A DNA stretch of 64,000 nt from Eledone cirrhosa (GCA_964016885.1 OZ024742.1:93744001-93808000), one strand, 5' to 3'; shown: positions 13,660 to 28,010, counted from the first letter of the stretch. A program made the numbers and translations. Notes: generated by a model not told the origin, from the sequence alone.

Positions 13660-15270
13660 CTACAGCACCTTTGGCCGGGAGTTGTTAGCCATCTACCTTT
13701 CCGTGAAACATTTTTCACATATGGTCGAACGAAGGTGTTTTACAATCTATACTGACCATAAACCTTTGACCTTCGCTTTAAGGGCAAAGTCCGACAAGTA
13801 CTCGCCCAGAGAAACAAGGCATCTCGCAATTCACAAACGACATCCAACACATTCCAGGCTCATTGAACACAGCGGCTAACGCCCTGTCTCGATTGCCGAT
13901 CAGATCAATTGCGTCATCCCACGACATCGATTTAAATCACTTGGCAGCAGACCAACCTGCACTGGAATCGTTGGATATTACATCAACCGAATTTGCGACG
14001 AGTAATTTGAAATACCTGCCATTGCCCACCGCAGACGGACAGATTCTCCTCGACGTTTCCTTGGATTCACCGAGACCATTCGTCCCGCTAAACCATTGTC
14101 GTACTGTGTTTCTTGCTTTAAACAGCATTTCCCACCCAGGATCTTCTGCCACAGTAAAGCCATATTCTTCTGGACAAATATGAGGCGCGATATTACTGCT
14201 TGGTGCCGTTCCTGCATCGCTTGCCAGAAATCGAAAATCCATAAACACGTTAAGGCTCCGCTCGGTACTTTCAGTACCGTTTCCGGCACATTCATGTGGA
14301 CATCGTGGGACCTTGGCCAGTCAGTGGTGGTCATACTTATCTATTGACTGTTATTGATCGTTTTTCACGATGGCCTGAAGCCATCCCCTTGAAAGACATC
14401 ACTGCTGAAACGACAGCGCGTGCCCTAGTATCAGGATGGATTGCCCGCTTTGGAGTGTCAACCACGATTACAACGGACCGTGGAAGGCCGTTTGAAGCGA
14501 ATCTCTTCCATGAATTAACGAAGATCATGGGTGCTAAACGCATCCGAACAACTTCGTATCATCCTGCATCTAACGGAATGGTGGAGCGTTTCCACCGACA
14601 ACTAAAAGCCGCTCTACGGACTTCTCCTGACTCTACGGGTTGGAGCGAGTACCTCACTATTGTGCTGTTGGGGATTCGGTCATCAATAAAGGTAGACCTT
14701 GGGTTCTCCCCTGCCGAATTATTGTATGGTGCTCCTCTAGCGTTACCTGGGCAAATGCTTGCCCCTGTCGATCTTGCTGCACAAGATCCGCTTTCCTACG
14801 TATCTCGTCTGCGTTCTTATTTTCAGGACCTGCCGCTGATGGATACAAGGAAACAAACTGTAAAAACTGCAGTCCCAAGGGACATTGCCTCATGGACCCA
14901 TGTGTTCGTAAGAAACGATGCTGTGAGACCACGTCTCACACAACCGTACTCTGAAACCTACCGTGTGTTAGCTCGTTCTGATAAACATTTCACAGTAGAC
15001 ATTAAGGGATCCAGACAGACCATTGCGGTTGATAGACTTAAACGGGCACACACAGATGCTCACGCACCTGAGCCACAAATGCCCCCATCTTTCTCTTTTG
15101 CACACACACCTGTTTCTTTGCCCCCCTCCCCCATCACCAAGATACAAGACCACGACCCGTTCCGGTCGGAGGGTCCACTGGCCCAAAAAACTGTGTCAAA
15201 CTGTGTATATTTAAGCTGCCCTTGTTGCAGCCCTTTGCTTTTGTCTTTCTTACGATTTGATGCATTTTAT
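13660..15270 (+). pseudogene. Ty3/Gypsy pol remnant (RNase H-like, integrase HHCC and rve), frameshifted
   Basis: ELLAIYLSVKHF...YTDHKPL; ANALSR; SHPG...CRSCIACQ; DIVGPWP...[11 protein letters not shown]...TDRGRPF...[17 protein letters not shown]. Confidence 0.95.
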
Positions 15271-15427
15271 TGATTGTTTTGCATGTTTCTGTTGTTACAT
15301 TTTTGCGTGCCTTGCCTTTTGTTTGCTGCTTGTGCAAACATTTCTTTTGTTTATTACCTATCTTTGCCTTGCTTCTCACTACATATGTTTACTTCTTCAT
15401 CGATTGGTTATCTGGAGGAGGGCTATA

Positions 15428-15750
15428 TGTAGCGAAGCGATACCTGTCGTGTACTTGGGGAGAGCTATGCAGAGTTACCTGCATTAGCTTTGACGTCATA
15501 AACTGACGTCACCAAAAAAAATAATTCTCTCTCCGGCGGCGACTTGCGAAGCGACAACACGCATAATTTTGGAGCTGACTTCTGGCTATGAAGAGATGAT
15601 TTCTGCCTTTTCTCTCTAGAGATGACTTCTGCCTTCTCTCCCTATTGATGACTCCTGCCTATGAAGAGATGACTCCTGACTTCTCTCTCTCTTCTTTATA
15701 CGCTCCAGTCTTGGAGTCGAGACCAACTCACCAACTACACCATCACGACA
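15428..15750 (+). mobile_element. Gypsy 3' LTR (right boundary approximate)
   Basis: Polypurine tract ggaggaggg at about 15414-15422 followed by TGTAGCG; downstream of integrase. Confidence 0.7.
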
Positions 15751-15888
15751 CGTGGTAAAATATTTCTATTATGTTATTATTGACTCCTGTGATATAAAAC
15801 TTTGTACAAACACGCACCAGCCATTCTTATTCTTTTTAATATTATTATAAGTAATATATACACCAATACCAGTCATCTAAAATATATT

Positions 15889-15965
<77 letters not shown>

Positions 15966-17419
15966 ATATTTACATTTATATTTATGCATGTGTATATGTA
16001 TGTACACTCACAGACTGACAGATGTCTGTATGAGAGTGTGTATAACATTGTTTTCTCCTTATGTTAGCTATTTTTTTAAAGAAATACAGTAACAAATGTT
16101 AGAAACCAGCTTTATACCCTACCCCACCAACTTCTCCCTTGCCACTCTTTTCCCACACAGTCTTGTAAAAATTGTAAAAAGTTATGTAAAAAGATAATTC
16201 AAAGGTGTAAAATAAAATAAACTGAAAAATATAAAAGAAGTCAACAACTAAAATAAAAAAAATAGACATACAAAAAAAAATAGAAAAAATATACAAAAAA
16301 AGATAAAATTAAAGAATTCCGAAGAAAATAAAAAAAATACTAACAAACCCCCAAAATCAACATAATAAAATATACTAACAGTAAACATAATAATAATAAA
16401 AAAAATCTATCGATATAAAGCTCTCCTGAACTGAAATCAATGCAAGTTGAAGGAGATGGTAAAAAATTATAATCACAAACAGTAAAAAGTAACTGTAAAC
16501 AGGAGAGAGAAATGTACAATAAAAATCATTAAATATAAAAATATAAAATAATGTTAATGTGTAGAATAATAGCAAGTTATAGACAGAAAGACGTGTATAT
16601 GTATATATGTGATTGGGTATTTGAGTTTGTGTATATGTGAGTATATGTGTGCATGTATGTGTGGGTATGTATGTGTGTGTATGCTTGTCTGTTTGAATGT
16701 TGGTGTGTTTGAGTATTATGTGTGTGTATGCATGAATGTTTGAATTTGTGTGTGTGTGTGTGCATGTTTGTGTATATATGTGTGCGTGTATGCATGTGTG
16801 GTTGAATTTGTGTGTGTATGCATGTGTGATTGAATGTTTGAGAGTGTGGGTATGTGGGCACATATGTTTGCATGTATGAGTCTATATGTGTGTGTGCATC
16901 AATTTGTATATATATATATGTGAGTGGTTGTGTGTATTTTTATCTTTGTATGTATGTGTTTATATGTATATGCATGTGTGTGTGTGTGTATGCATGAATA
17001 AGTGTTTACATGTATGTGCATGTGTGTGTATGTGTGTATATTTTTCTATGTACTTTTATGTGTTTGTATATATGTGTATGTGTGTGTGTGTGTGTATGTG
17101 TATTTTGTCATTTTTTTCCCTTTCGTCTTTAATGCCACATCCAATATTTATAATTTTAAACTTTACCACTTATTACAAAAATGACAATAAGAAATAAAAA
17201 TATAGATGGGTTGTTTTGTCACAGTGATGAGGGTGGGTGGTAAGGGATTAAGGAGTTTGAGTGGTGGGAATGGGGAAATGAATATGATGACATCATCATT
17301 ATTATTATTACAATCATTATTATTGTTACAATCATTATTAGTATTGTTGTTGTTGTTGTTGTTATTGTTGCTGTTGTTGTTTAGAAATAAATCAATAGTA
17401 TAATGATATCAAGGAAAGT

Positions 17420-17625
17420 TGATTGGTTGAATCAGTTGAGCTTCGTACAAAATTCTTGTGATATTTATTAACAATCATTCATATTTTGAGCTCCAATCCT
17501 GCCAAAATCGACTTTACCTAATACTCTTCTGGAATCAATAAAATAAAATAGCAGTTAAGAACTAAATTCGTTGCCCTTCACTAAAATTTGAAGCTTTATT
17601 CCAATGATGAAAATCAATATCATTA
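17420..17625 (+). mobile_element. Old decayed tRNA-derived SINE (family of 48745-48930)
   Basis: ttttgagctccaatcctgccaaaatcgactttacct aligns to ctgagttcaaatcccgccgaggttaactttgcct. Confidence 0.55.
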
Positions 17626-17838
17626 TAGCTGCATGCCCTTTTTATGCCAACTACTGTGTGTAGTTCCACTCTGGAAAGTGGTTGGCATTAGAAAGAGAAT
17701 TCAGTCATAGAAAGCATGCCAAACATGAGTAGGCAAGAGTTTATAGTTATATCAAGAACATATCCATCTCTCTATTGTGTTAAAATGTACCATGAATAAA
17801 TAGAACAAATCTGGGTGAAACATAGTTCCCATGCCCCC

Positions 17839-17869
<31 letters not shown>

Positions 17870-18894
17870 TAGTAACTTCAATTAAGTATTTATTTGGTTG
17901 TAACAACTCACCCAATCCATGCCAACATCATAAAATGGCCATAAAACGATGATGATAATGATGATGACTATGATGATGATGATGATAGCTTTATCATTGT
18001 TCTCAATTACCAACAACCTTCACCATATCAGATATTTCTAATTTGCCATAGCAAATTCCACCCCAAATAAATGTCTTCTACACTCTCATCATCATCATCA
18101 TCATCATCATCATACGTCTGCTTTTCTCTGCTTATCACGTTCACCAAAACTTTTTACCAAAATCGAAATTAGAATTTAACTATCCACAGCTTATTCAATT
18201 TAATCTGTTAAATACTTCACTTGGTAAACTTTTATCTTATTGTTGCTTAACTCATTTGAAATAATATTTTTGATGAAATAAGTTTCAATTAGTTTGGAAA
18301 AGAATTAAGAATCTGGAGTAATTAATTAAAATAACTAAGTTATGAACTAATTTATTAACTAACATTGGTAAAGTGCTAAGTTTCTTAAGTTCATATGATA
18401 TTTCACGTGAATTTCTGATGTATCAAAAATATCTTTGGGGGAAGGGAGAAAAGGTTAGTTTCTGTATTCAGTTTAGGAGAATATCGCAATGATAAGGAAT
18501 AACAGGAAATAAAAGAGAATTGTGAAGTAGTCAGAGGGAGAAAAGTGGTTGGAATTAGAAATGAAGGAAAATCAGTTGAAAGTTAGGTTGGTTGATAGAG
18601 AATAAGAGCAAATAGTAAGGCCAGAAGTCAGTTTCAGGTAGAGAAGTGTATTGTTTTGTTAGCTGGATCAGTAAGTATGGTAAACAGTTTGTCAATAACA
18701 TTTGTTACATATATGTCTGTACACAAATATACATATCAAGTCAAAATCAAGCTGTTGGCTAGCACATTTTCATATATAGGCATACACATAGGGCTCCCTG
18801 CAAAAAATATCCATGCACGCACATGCATACTCATCCATGCATACACACATACATACATGTAGGGTTATCATTCTCGCAGAGATGGTACTCTTCT

Positions 18895-19450
18895 CAGTAT
18901 ATGCAGTACCAATTAAAACAATTTTTTGTACCTCTTGCAGAGAGGGTAAGCCAGTGATCATTCTCAAATACAATTCTGTTCCTTTTTTTTTATCATTCTC
19001 AGCGCTCCTTCAATCATTGGTATTGTAACGGCCTTGAAATGCCACATTGTTTCAATTTCAATGTGCAGATCTTTATATTTTCTTAGCTTTTCAAATTCTT
19101 TTGCTGCAATATTGTGATCACATGGGATGCTCATATCAATTAATAAACAAACTTTGTTATGTTGGTCTTCTACTATAATATCTGGTCTATTACCTTTTTA
19201 TGGTCCTGCCAGTATGTGCAGGAAAGTCCCAAAGAATTGTTAATTTTTCTTCTTCAGTTACAGCCTCATGGTGATGATTGTACCACTTGTCAGCATTTTT
19301 GATTTTATAATGCAGACACATTAACCAGTGTAGATATTGGCCAACTCTGTCATGTTTAGATTTGTACTCTACTGGTGCTAAAACTTTATATCCTGAGAGT
19401 AAGTGGCCCAATGTTTCAATCTCATCATTGCAGAATTGGCACTTCAGATT
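18895..19450 (-). pseudogene. R4/Dong-type RLE-domain fragment
   Basis: ETLGHLLSG...HDRVGQYLHW...ILWDF...RPDII...LIDMSIP...KYKDL...QKIVLIGTA. Confidence 0.85.
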
Positions 19451-20009
19451 TATATAATAGCAAGATCTAACAGTTGATCCCTCAGATTTTCTTTCAAGAA
19501 CCTTCCTTGGGATTGAAACTGTTCCTTATATTGTTATATTTCACTGGAGAAATCCTCTCCAGATCTCGATTTCAAATTTTATAATCCATGTTCTTATTTT
19601 AGTTTTTATTGTCCCCAATGAGCTCATTGACTGACATTTTGTAGATGTCTCTTCTGGTTTTGTTTAATTTTTTATTTTTCTTCTCAAAAACTCTGTTAGC
19701 GCCTGGTGATGCTACATCACTTATCCATCACAACCTTTTCCTTTTTTCAACAATAACAATAGCAGATTTTCTCTAGTGGATTTCCTGATCATGTTAGATG
19801 TTAAAAAGTCTCAGAGTATCTTCACTTCTAACTCTACCACTTTTCTGTTCCTCACAGCTTATGTTGCCATACCTCCATTTGTATACTTTCTGTTCTAATT
19901 TCCTTCTTAAAATGTTGCCAGCTGTTTCCCTTCTCATTCAACATAGTCGACATAATGGTGACTCTAAAGTTTTGTCAACGTTATATTTCACATCATAATG
20001 ATTTCTAAT

Positions 20010-20385
20010 TTAAGTACAAGGTCAGCAATTTTTGTTAGAGGGCAAAGTCGAATATACTGATCCCAGTTTTTTGTTTGTAATGTATTCGATCAAAATTGGA
20101 AGGATAAAAGGCAAAGTTAACTTCAGCGGGATTTGAAATCAAAATATAAAGGGCTATAACTAAATGCTACTAACATTTCATCTTACACTTTAATGATTCT
20201 ACAATGCACTGCCCTTTAGATTTTACATGATAATAATAATGGTTTTTAATTCAGGCACATGTCCAGCAGTTTGGTAAGGAGGTAAAGTTGATTAAGTTAA
20301 CTTGATTGGTACTTTATTTCATTGACCTCAGAAGGATGAAAAGCAAATTTGACCCCAGTGAGATTTGACTACAGATTGCAAAGAG
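20010..20385 (-). mobile_element. Two decayed tandem SINE copies
   Basis: gataaaaggcaaagttaacttcagcgggatttgaa and gatgaaaagcaaatttgacc match the SINE at 39951-40150. Confidence 0.7.
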
Positions 20386-21130
20386 CCATAAGTTCACTTT
20401 CCTTATATAGCTATAACCCTTGGCAAAATGTACCTGTCAAACAATCTCTAGATAACAACTCTGAAATAGACAATCATACTATCCAAGAGACATGGGTATC
20501 TCACATCTGTTTAATTGTACGGATAACCTGATTTAGTTTTGGCTCAATGATCCAAACTGACTGCAATGATAAATTGAATTAAAATGGAATAAATGCAGAT
20601 ATTGGGGATCTGAAGTAGAGAAGACATAAATGTGGTATTATATGGAACCATTATTATATCCAATGTTTGCTTTGATTCATATATAGCTGAATTGTAATTC
20701 AAATATTTAGTTATATTCAAACCAGTGAAAGCAATATCCCAGTTTAATTAGCATTTATGTATAATAACAAGCAGCTGCAAATATCTGCCCAATACAGGTC
20801 ATTGGGAAATATGGAATTAGCTTTGTGTTAATTGAAAGTTTAATAATTGAGTGCTTTTAATTGGGGTAATTAAGAATTGGAATCGTTAAGGGGTTATGAA
20901 TGACAAATACTGGCAATAGATGTCAAGATCTATATGAAGAAATGATAATAGAGGCAGTTAACACTCGATAGTGCTCATGCTTTTATTGTTGTTGTTTAGT
21001 TCTAGGTCAACCCTGATAGAGCAGACCTAGGATCAAATACATTTCAGTCCTGACCATCCTGTATTTTATCTCTGTGCAATGAAACCAGATCCATTTTATT
21101 CAAAGGATACTCAAAACAATAGGCTGTGAT

Positions 21131-23497
21131 CAGGGCCGGATTAAAACCCTTAGAGGCCCTAAGCACTACAAAATGTTGGTGCTCCCATAATCAAAACATA
21201 AACAATAATATATGGTAAATTAAAGCTTTATTTATTGAAATTTCAAAATAAAGCAAAACATACAGAAAGAGAGAAAATAATTTTATTTATTGAATACTTT
21301 TTTCATGCTTTTTTTTCTTGCAAAGTCTTTGATCAGATCCTCGTAGCCAATCTTGCGTAACACATCTGCTTCTATACACAATAGGGATAAAGCATCCAGC
21401 CTGTATTGTTGCATGGTTGTTCTGAAGGGATTTTTAATATATTTCAACCGCTCAGCAGTTAGTAACCATTAATGTTAAAAATATACGAAAGGCTATGTCT
21501 ACATTTGGAAAGGCACACTCAATATTGTCTTTTAAAAAAATTTATAAAGTTCAGCATGATTAAATCTTGTTTTTACATGTTCTGTTCTACTCATCTTATT
21601 TCGCACATATAAATGAAACTGCTGAAGCTCAGCTGAGAAATTACTATTGAAGTCCTCTGGATAAGCATCGATCAACTTTTGATAGTACTGAGAATACCTT
21701 TCAATATTAGTAGCTGATGGAATGCCTATGTTTGGCACATCACTAAGAAAAGAAAATTTCTCTGTCATTTCTTTGTATATCTCTCCTCTTCTTTCCATCT
21801 CAGCTGCAACTTTGTCAACAATTGTGTAAAATGTGGTGATACGAAACTTATCTCTAGCATCTAAATAAACTTCTGCTGTATCTCCGTCATTGGGTACTTT
21901 TTTCTAATACGTTTGCGAGTTGCAGTTGTCCTGTAATCAACATCTAGAGAATTTCCTTGGCCTATTTTTCATATGTTTCAAATTCATCTCGTGAGGTGTT
22001 CAGTTGGTCAGCTAATGATACATAGAGATCTGCACATATCTTTAAGTTCGCATCCTCACTTTGTAGAACTTTGCTTACTCTGTGAAAATTCTTCAAAATG
22101 TCATTCCAAAAAATCAACATAAAAACGAATTCTAGCTCTTGCATCTTATCAACAATATTATTTGCCTCTCTTCTAGCGTCTCCCTTTTGTGATTGATCTT
22201 CGGCTATATATTCTAATGCCTCGGAAATCTCAGGGAACGATTTCAAGATGCTGCTGTTGCCATAGCATGTGCTTCCCATCTTGTATCAGAGAGGGAAATC
22301 AAGGGGTTAACAAGGCACTCCGGTAAGATCCTTCATTGAGGTTCTACGTGAACGCTTGATTTGATTCCTGCTATTTCTCGGTTTAAACTGAAATCAATCG
22401 TAGAGGCAGACACACAGGCCAGGCACTGAAAGGACCAATTTGGTAGTTGGACCATTTCCTAGCGTCCATCCATCATTGAAATATGGTGTCTCTTTTTCTG
22501 ACCTGGGATCTTTCGAAAGTTTGCGGCACACTGAAGGCAAACAGAAACACGACTTTTACCACATTCATCCCATCGATTTAGGAAGGAGTTCTCTGGTTCT
22601 GTACATAGATGACAGACGTGATTTTCTAGGCAATGTTCTATTTTGGAACATCGCCCAGTTTTATCACACACTTCATCCATGTATGTCACAATAGCAATTT
22701 TGTTCTGTTTGTCCATCCGTACAGGAGAACAAAATGTAAACAAATAGACATGCTGCGTAAGTTTAGCACATTTGTTAACGAGATAAATAGAATGTATGTT
22801 TATGTTTTGTTTTCGCTTTCCTATGTATTGTGCGTGTGTACGCAAAAAGATCTGCACACGAATATATAAGTAAAATGTGTAAGTGGGTTAGAAGCGAAGT
22901 CAATGTTCAGAATGGTTTTATAATGTAGGTCAAATTGGCCGGTATAGTCTCTCACACGAAATAGTGTGGTTTCTTTTCACTTTGTGTGTATGGTATATAT
23001 ATAAATCTGTGTGTATATTGTTGTTTATATAGTTTGGGAAGTACTTAATGTGATCCTTAAGAAATGTGATTTTTTTTATTTTATTCATGTCGACACGTGG
23101 TTTGTTGGCGAAAGTCAGATATACTTCGTTAAAGTAATGTTATGTTGAAACTAGTATTAATAGTCAGGGAACAGTGAAAGTATTTGTAATAATCAATATT
23201 GTAATCCATCTGACATGTGTTAAAAGGGCAGTTTTCGGTGATAATGTTATATATAGTTTGGAGAGCCGTGGTCATACGTCCTTCCTCGTCACCATCTTTC
23301 GAACCACGATTGATTTGTTTTTTGTTATTTTACAAATGTTCTGTGTGAATACTATGTCTTTCTTTTTCTTCTTTCGTTTTCGAAAACACTACCTGAAAAG
23401 GAGACTGGTCAATATCATTGGATGCTTCCGAAGCCGCAGGTTTTTTTTTTTCAGAGTTTCCCTCTTTTAGAAAGGTGTTGTGACAACAACTGGGGCC
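21131..23497 (-). mobile_element. hAT DNA transposon remnant; transposase pieces at about 21300-22291 and 23260-23420, interrupted by unrelated sequence
   Basis: LSDTRWEAH, FMLIFWNDILKNFHRVSKVLQS, dimerisation region FPNVDIAFRIF...LKYIKN..RTTM...RLDALSLLCIE; terminus CAGGGCCGGATT at 21131. Confidence 0.88.
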
Positions 23498-23500
23498 CTT

Positions 23501-23714
23501 TCACACCCAGGTGAAAAAAAAAGTACTATTTGGATAGCCGTTGACTCTGCTGAGTTCCTGCACCTTTAACCGGATCTTGTATTTCATCTTGCAGGGTGTC
23601 CAAATATCACCCTCCTCACCAAGCAAGCTTGGTGGGGTTGCCGGTTTGGTCACCAACAACCCGACAATGAGACATGTTGTTCTGGGATACATGTTGCCAG
23701 TAGTACTCAAGAGC

Positions 23715-23772
<58 letters not shown>

Positions 23773-24020
23773 GGCTGCCAACTCGTTTTCGAGTACGGCC
23801 ACTACTTTATATCCATGTAGGAGAACCCCTACCGATGCGCTGAACGAGTGTGACTTTTTAGACCAGCCACCAACTTGAAAACTCTGATACAAACACTACA
23901 CTTGTGACAATTATTGACACATAGTGCTGGGCTCATGGTACTATCTGACGACAAGTGCAGAGAGATCTCCAGATATAAAGCAATGCCTGTGCCGTGGAGC
24001 TTTTATAGTGAGCAAAATGT
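23501..24020 (-). mobile_element. Two pieces (5' part 23501-23710, 3' part 23770-24020) of the RTE-related short element separated by (TA)n
   Basis: Reverse complements of 24070-24250 and 24415-24660. Confidence 0.8.
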
Positions 24021-24054
24021 ATATGTAAATATGTATGTATGTATATATATATAT

Positions 24055-24662
24055 GTCAGGTCACCAGTTGGTGCTACTGGTAACATGTATCCCAGTACAA
24101 CTTGTCTCGTGGTCGGGTTTGTTGGCGACTAATCTGGCAACCCCACCAAGTTTTCTTGGTGAGGAGGGTGACTTTGGACATCCTGCAGGACTAAAAACAA
24201 AACCTGTCAAAGGGCAAAGGAGCTCTTAAGAGTCAATGGCCATCCAAAATCACCGGGAGAGATGACCCCTTAGCCTTTGTCAAGGCAGAATTCTAGGAGA
24301 AGGAAAACTCTGATATAACACCTGCAACTCTGATGGTATCCAATGATATTGACATGTTCTTCTTTTTGGTAAATATCATCTTGGTTAAGAGAGTGGGACT
24401 GGCTTTGTGCAGTGCATTTGCTCACTATAAAAGCTTCACGGCACAGGCATTGCTTTATATCTGGAGATCTCTCTGCACTTGTCGTTACATGGTACCATGA
24501 GCCCAGCACTGTGTCAATAATTGTCACAAGTGTAGTGTTTGTACCAGAGTTTTCAAGTCAATGGCTGGACTAAAAAGTCACACTCGTTCAGCGCATCGGT
24601 AGGGGTTCTCCTACATGGATATAAAGTAGTGGCTGTACTCGAAAACGAGTTGGCAGCCACCA
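24055..24662 (+). mobile_element. About 600-bp non-coding element sharing sequence with the RTE 5' UTR, inserted in (TA)n
   Basis: 24262-24453 aligns with 25130-25347 (cccttagcc...ttctaggagaagg...agagagtggga.tggct...gcacaggcattgc). Confidence 0.75.
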
Positions 24663-24668
24663 TGTATG

Positions 24669-24699
<31 letters not shown>

Positions 24700-24754
24700 G
24701 TATGTATATATATATGTATATATGTATATATGTATGTATATATATATGTATGTA

Positions 24755-24885
24755 CGGATCCAGCCACTGGTTCCTCGTATCACTGGTACTCTCTTTTGTT
24801 GACTCCGTGGGGATGAAAGGTAAGGTTGACCTCGGCGGGATTTAAGCTCAGAGCGTGGAGAACCATAACTCTATGCTGTAAAGCA
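24755..24885 (-). mobile_element. SINE fragment
   Basis: gatgaaaggtaaggttgacctcggcgggatttaagctcaga matches 39951-40150. Confidence 0.75.
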
Positions 24886-24988
24886 ATTATAATAATACTG
24901 GACTGTAATACGAACGGATTCAACTATACAAACTCTTGAAAGTCAACAGTTGACATAATCTTGTAATCTTGTATCAGTAATGACGGTA

Positions 24989-25020
<32 letters not shown>

Positions 25021-25065
25021 AAGTGAGTAGCGTGTGTTTGTTTGTTTGTATGTATGAGTGTTGCT

Positions 25066-28010
25066 GTGTGCGCGCGGGGACATAGAAATAATCGGGCTGG
25101 ATGCCCGATCGCGCAGTTAAACCACTGGGAGTGAAGAACCCCTAGCCCTTGTCAGGGCATTCTTCTAGGAGAAGGCATCTCAGGAAACTGGGTTAACTCC
25201 GACATAAAACCTGCGGCTCAGTAGTTACCGATGATGTTGATCTTTTCTTCTTTTCGGGTTATAGCTACTGTCGCTCAGAGAGTGGGATTGGCTCAGTGCA
25301 CAGTCTTTCCTCACTTTAAAAATATTCGTCACGCACAGGCATTGCACGAGTTAATTAATAATCATTAATAGTGTATTATTATTGTTATTATTATTATTAT
25401 TATTATTGTTACTATTATTATTACTTTTTTTTTTCTAATTCAATGATGTTCCGGAACAATATAAAAGAGATAATTGGTAATTTAGGTTCTGGAACAAAAA
25501 AGATAATTGGCAATAAGGGCAGGGGCCCCAGGTTATCACAGCCTGGGCTCGCTCGTCATCGTGCCATTTTAATAGAGCCAAACAAGGCATTTGGTCTTGG
25601 CTGCTGGAACGTACGGACGCTGCTTGACAGGGATTCCTTGGAGCGTCCTGAACGAAGGACCGCTCTTGTTGCAAAGGAGCTTTGACGTTACGATCTTGAC
25701 ATCGTGGCTTTATCTGAGACGAGGTTAGCTGGGGATGGTCATCTTACAGAATTTTGTGGAGAATATACATTCTTCTGCAAAGGAAGAGATGAAGGAACCA
25801 GAAGAGAGGATGGGGTAGGATTTGCTGTTAAGACTGTACTTGTGAATAAATTAGAAGAATTCCCAGTAGGGATTAGTGAGCATCTTATGTCCATGAGAAT
25901 TCCGCTGGACAAAGGAAGATATGCGACCCTGGTGAGTGTGTATGCTCCAACTATGAATTCTGTCGATGAAGAAAAAGTGTCCTTTTACCATGCCTTGAAA
26001 GGTGTTTTAAGAAATATCCCTCAGGCAGACAAAGTCATCGTCTTTGGTGACTTTAATGCTAGAGTGGGTAGGGATTTTAACACATGGAATGTAATCGGAA
26101 GGCATGGGGTGGGAAAGTGTAACAACAATGGTATGCTCCTGCTTCAGATGTGTGAGGAGCTGGATCTGTGTGTTACCAACACCATGTTCCAACAAAAGAA
26201 CAAATTCAAGACCACGTGGATGCATCCTGCATCTAAGGAATAGCATCTTTTGGACTACGTCCTAGTCAGGATGCGTGACAGACAGGATGTGCAGTGTGTT
26301 CGTGCTCTTCGTGGAGCTGAGTGCTGGACAGACCACCGCCTGGTACGCAGAACCTCCGACGCTTGTGGAGGTTGCAGTGGCTATTTCGAAGCTGAACAGT
26401 GGAAGATCTCCAGGTATGGATGACATACATGCTGAGCTCTTACAATATGGTGGTGAGAGACTCCTGCAACATCTTCACTCTTTGTTTGGCAGGATATGGG
26501 CTAATGAATCCGTACCTGAGGACTGGAGCGATGAAGTAATGGTGGTCTTGTACAAGGGAAAGGGTAACAGGAATGATTGTGGGAACTACAGAGGTATATC
26601 ATTGCTTTCTGTCGTAGGGAAAGTTTTATGTAGGGTGCTTCTGGACCGTCTGCTGACACACATTGCAGATTGTGTTCTTCCTGAAAGTCAATCTGGTTTT
26701 CGTGCTGGATGCGGCACTACTGATATGATCTTCTCAGCTAGACAGCTCCAGGAGAAGTGCATGGAACAAGGCTTGGATCTGTATCAGGTTTTTGTCGATC
26801 TGACAAAGCTTTCGATACTGTTAACAGAGATGTATTATGGAAGGTTCTCCAGAAACTTGGTTGCCCTTATAAGTTCTTTGCTTTAGGTCTTTCCATGATG
26901 ACATGAAGGCTTGGGTTAATGTTGGAGGTAACATGTCGGAGCCTATCTCAGTAAAAAATGGAGTGAAACAGGGGGATATTCCAGCACCGACCCTGTTTGC
27001 CATATACTTTGCAATGGTTTTCTGTATTGCATTCAGGAATTGCGAGCATGGTGTTTACATCCGATATCGAACCTCAGGCAGCATATTTAACATCAGGCGC
27101 TTTGCTGCAAATACAAAAGTATTTACATCAATCATAAGAGACCTCTTGTATGCAGATGATTGCAATCTTGTAGCGCACACAGAGGGTAATATGCAGCACA
27201 TTTTGAATGCATTTTCTGACGCTTGCACTGCCCTAGGATTGACTGTCAGTCTCAAGAAAAACGTCGTCATGTACCAACCTGCCCCTGGTAAGCAGTACAC
27301 TGAGCCAAATATCTATGTGTATGGTAAACGACTTGGAGTTGTTGATCAGTTTGTCTACCTGGGAAGCACTGTCAATCGATACAGCAACCTTGACAGTGAA
27401 ATCTCACTTAGGATTAGGAAAGCAAGTGATGCTTTCGGAGAGCTAGAAAGGCGACTCTGGGGTCGGCGAGACATATGCAGGAGGATAAAGGTAAAGGTGT
27501 ACAGGGCATGTGTGCTCTCTTGTCTTCTTTATGCCTGCGAGACCTGGGTCACATATCGACACCACCTTAAGCAATTGGAGCGTTTCCATCAGATGTGTCT
27601 CAGACGGATCCATGGCGTTCACTGGAGGGACCACATCAGTGACGTCGAGATTTTGGAAAGCTCTATGTGTGACAGTATAGAAGCTCTTGTGCTTAAGCAA
27701 TGACTCCCTGGAGTGGTCACCTTGCCAGGATGAAGGATTCTAGAATACCAAAACAACTCTTTTATGGAGAGTTGGTTAAAGGAAAACGACCGCCACATAA
27801 ACAAAAAAAGAGGTATAAGGATTACTTGAAAGCCTCTCTGAAAGACGCTAACATCTCTGCTGATACATGGGAAAATATTGCTGCTGATCGTAATAAATGG
27901 AGAAAGACTGTATATAAGGGAAAAGTTGCCTTTGAGACTCTGCCTAAGCAAAGCTGGACTCGAAAGTCATCTTCGCAGTCATAAAGTAAGACCAGTGGTT
28001 GACTACCATA
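25066..28010 (+). mobile_element. RTE-clade LINE with 5' UTR, APE endonuclease and RT; stop codons, internal deletions, 3'-truncated into (TA)n
   Basis: GCWNVRTLLD, ALSETR, GVGFAV, SVYAPT, GDFNARVG; GVKQGD, LLYADD, FVYLGS, RIPKQLFYGEL. Confidence 0.96.
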
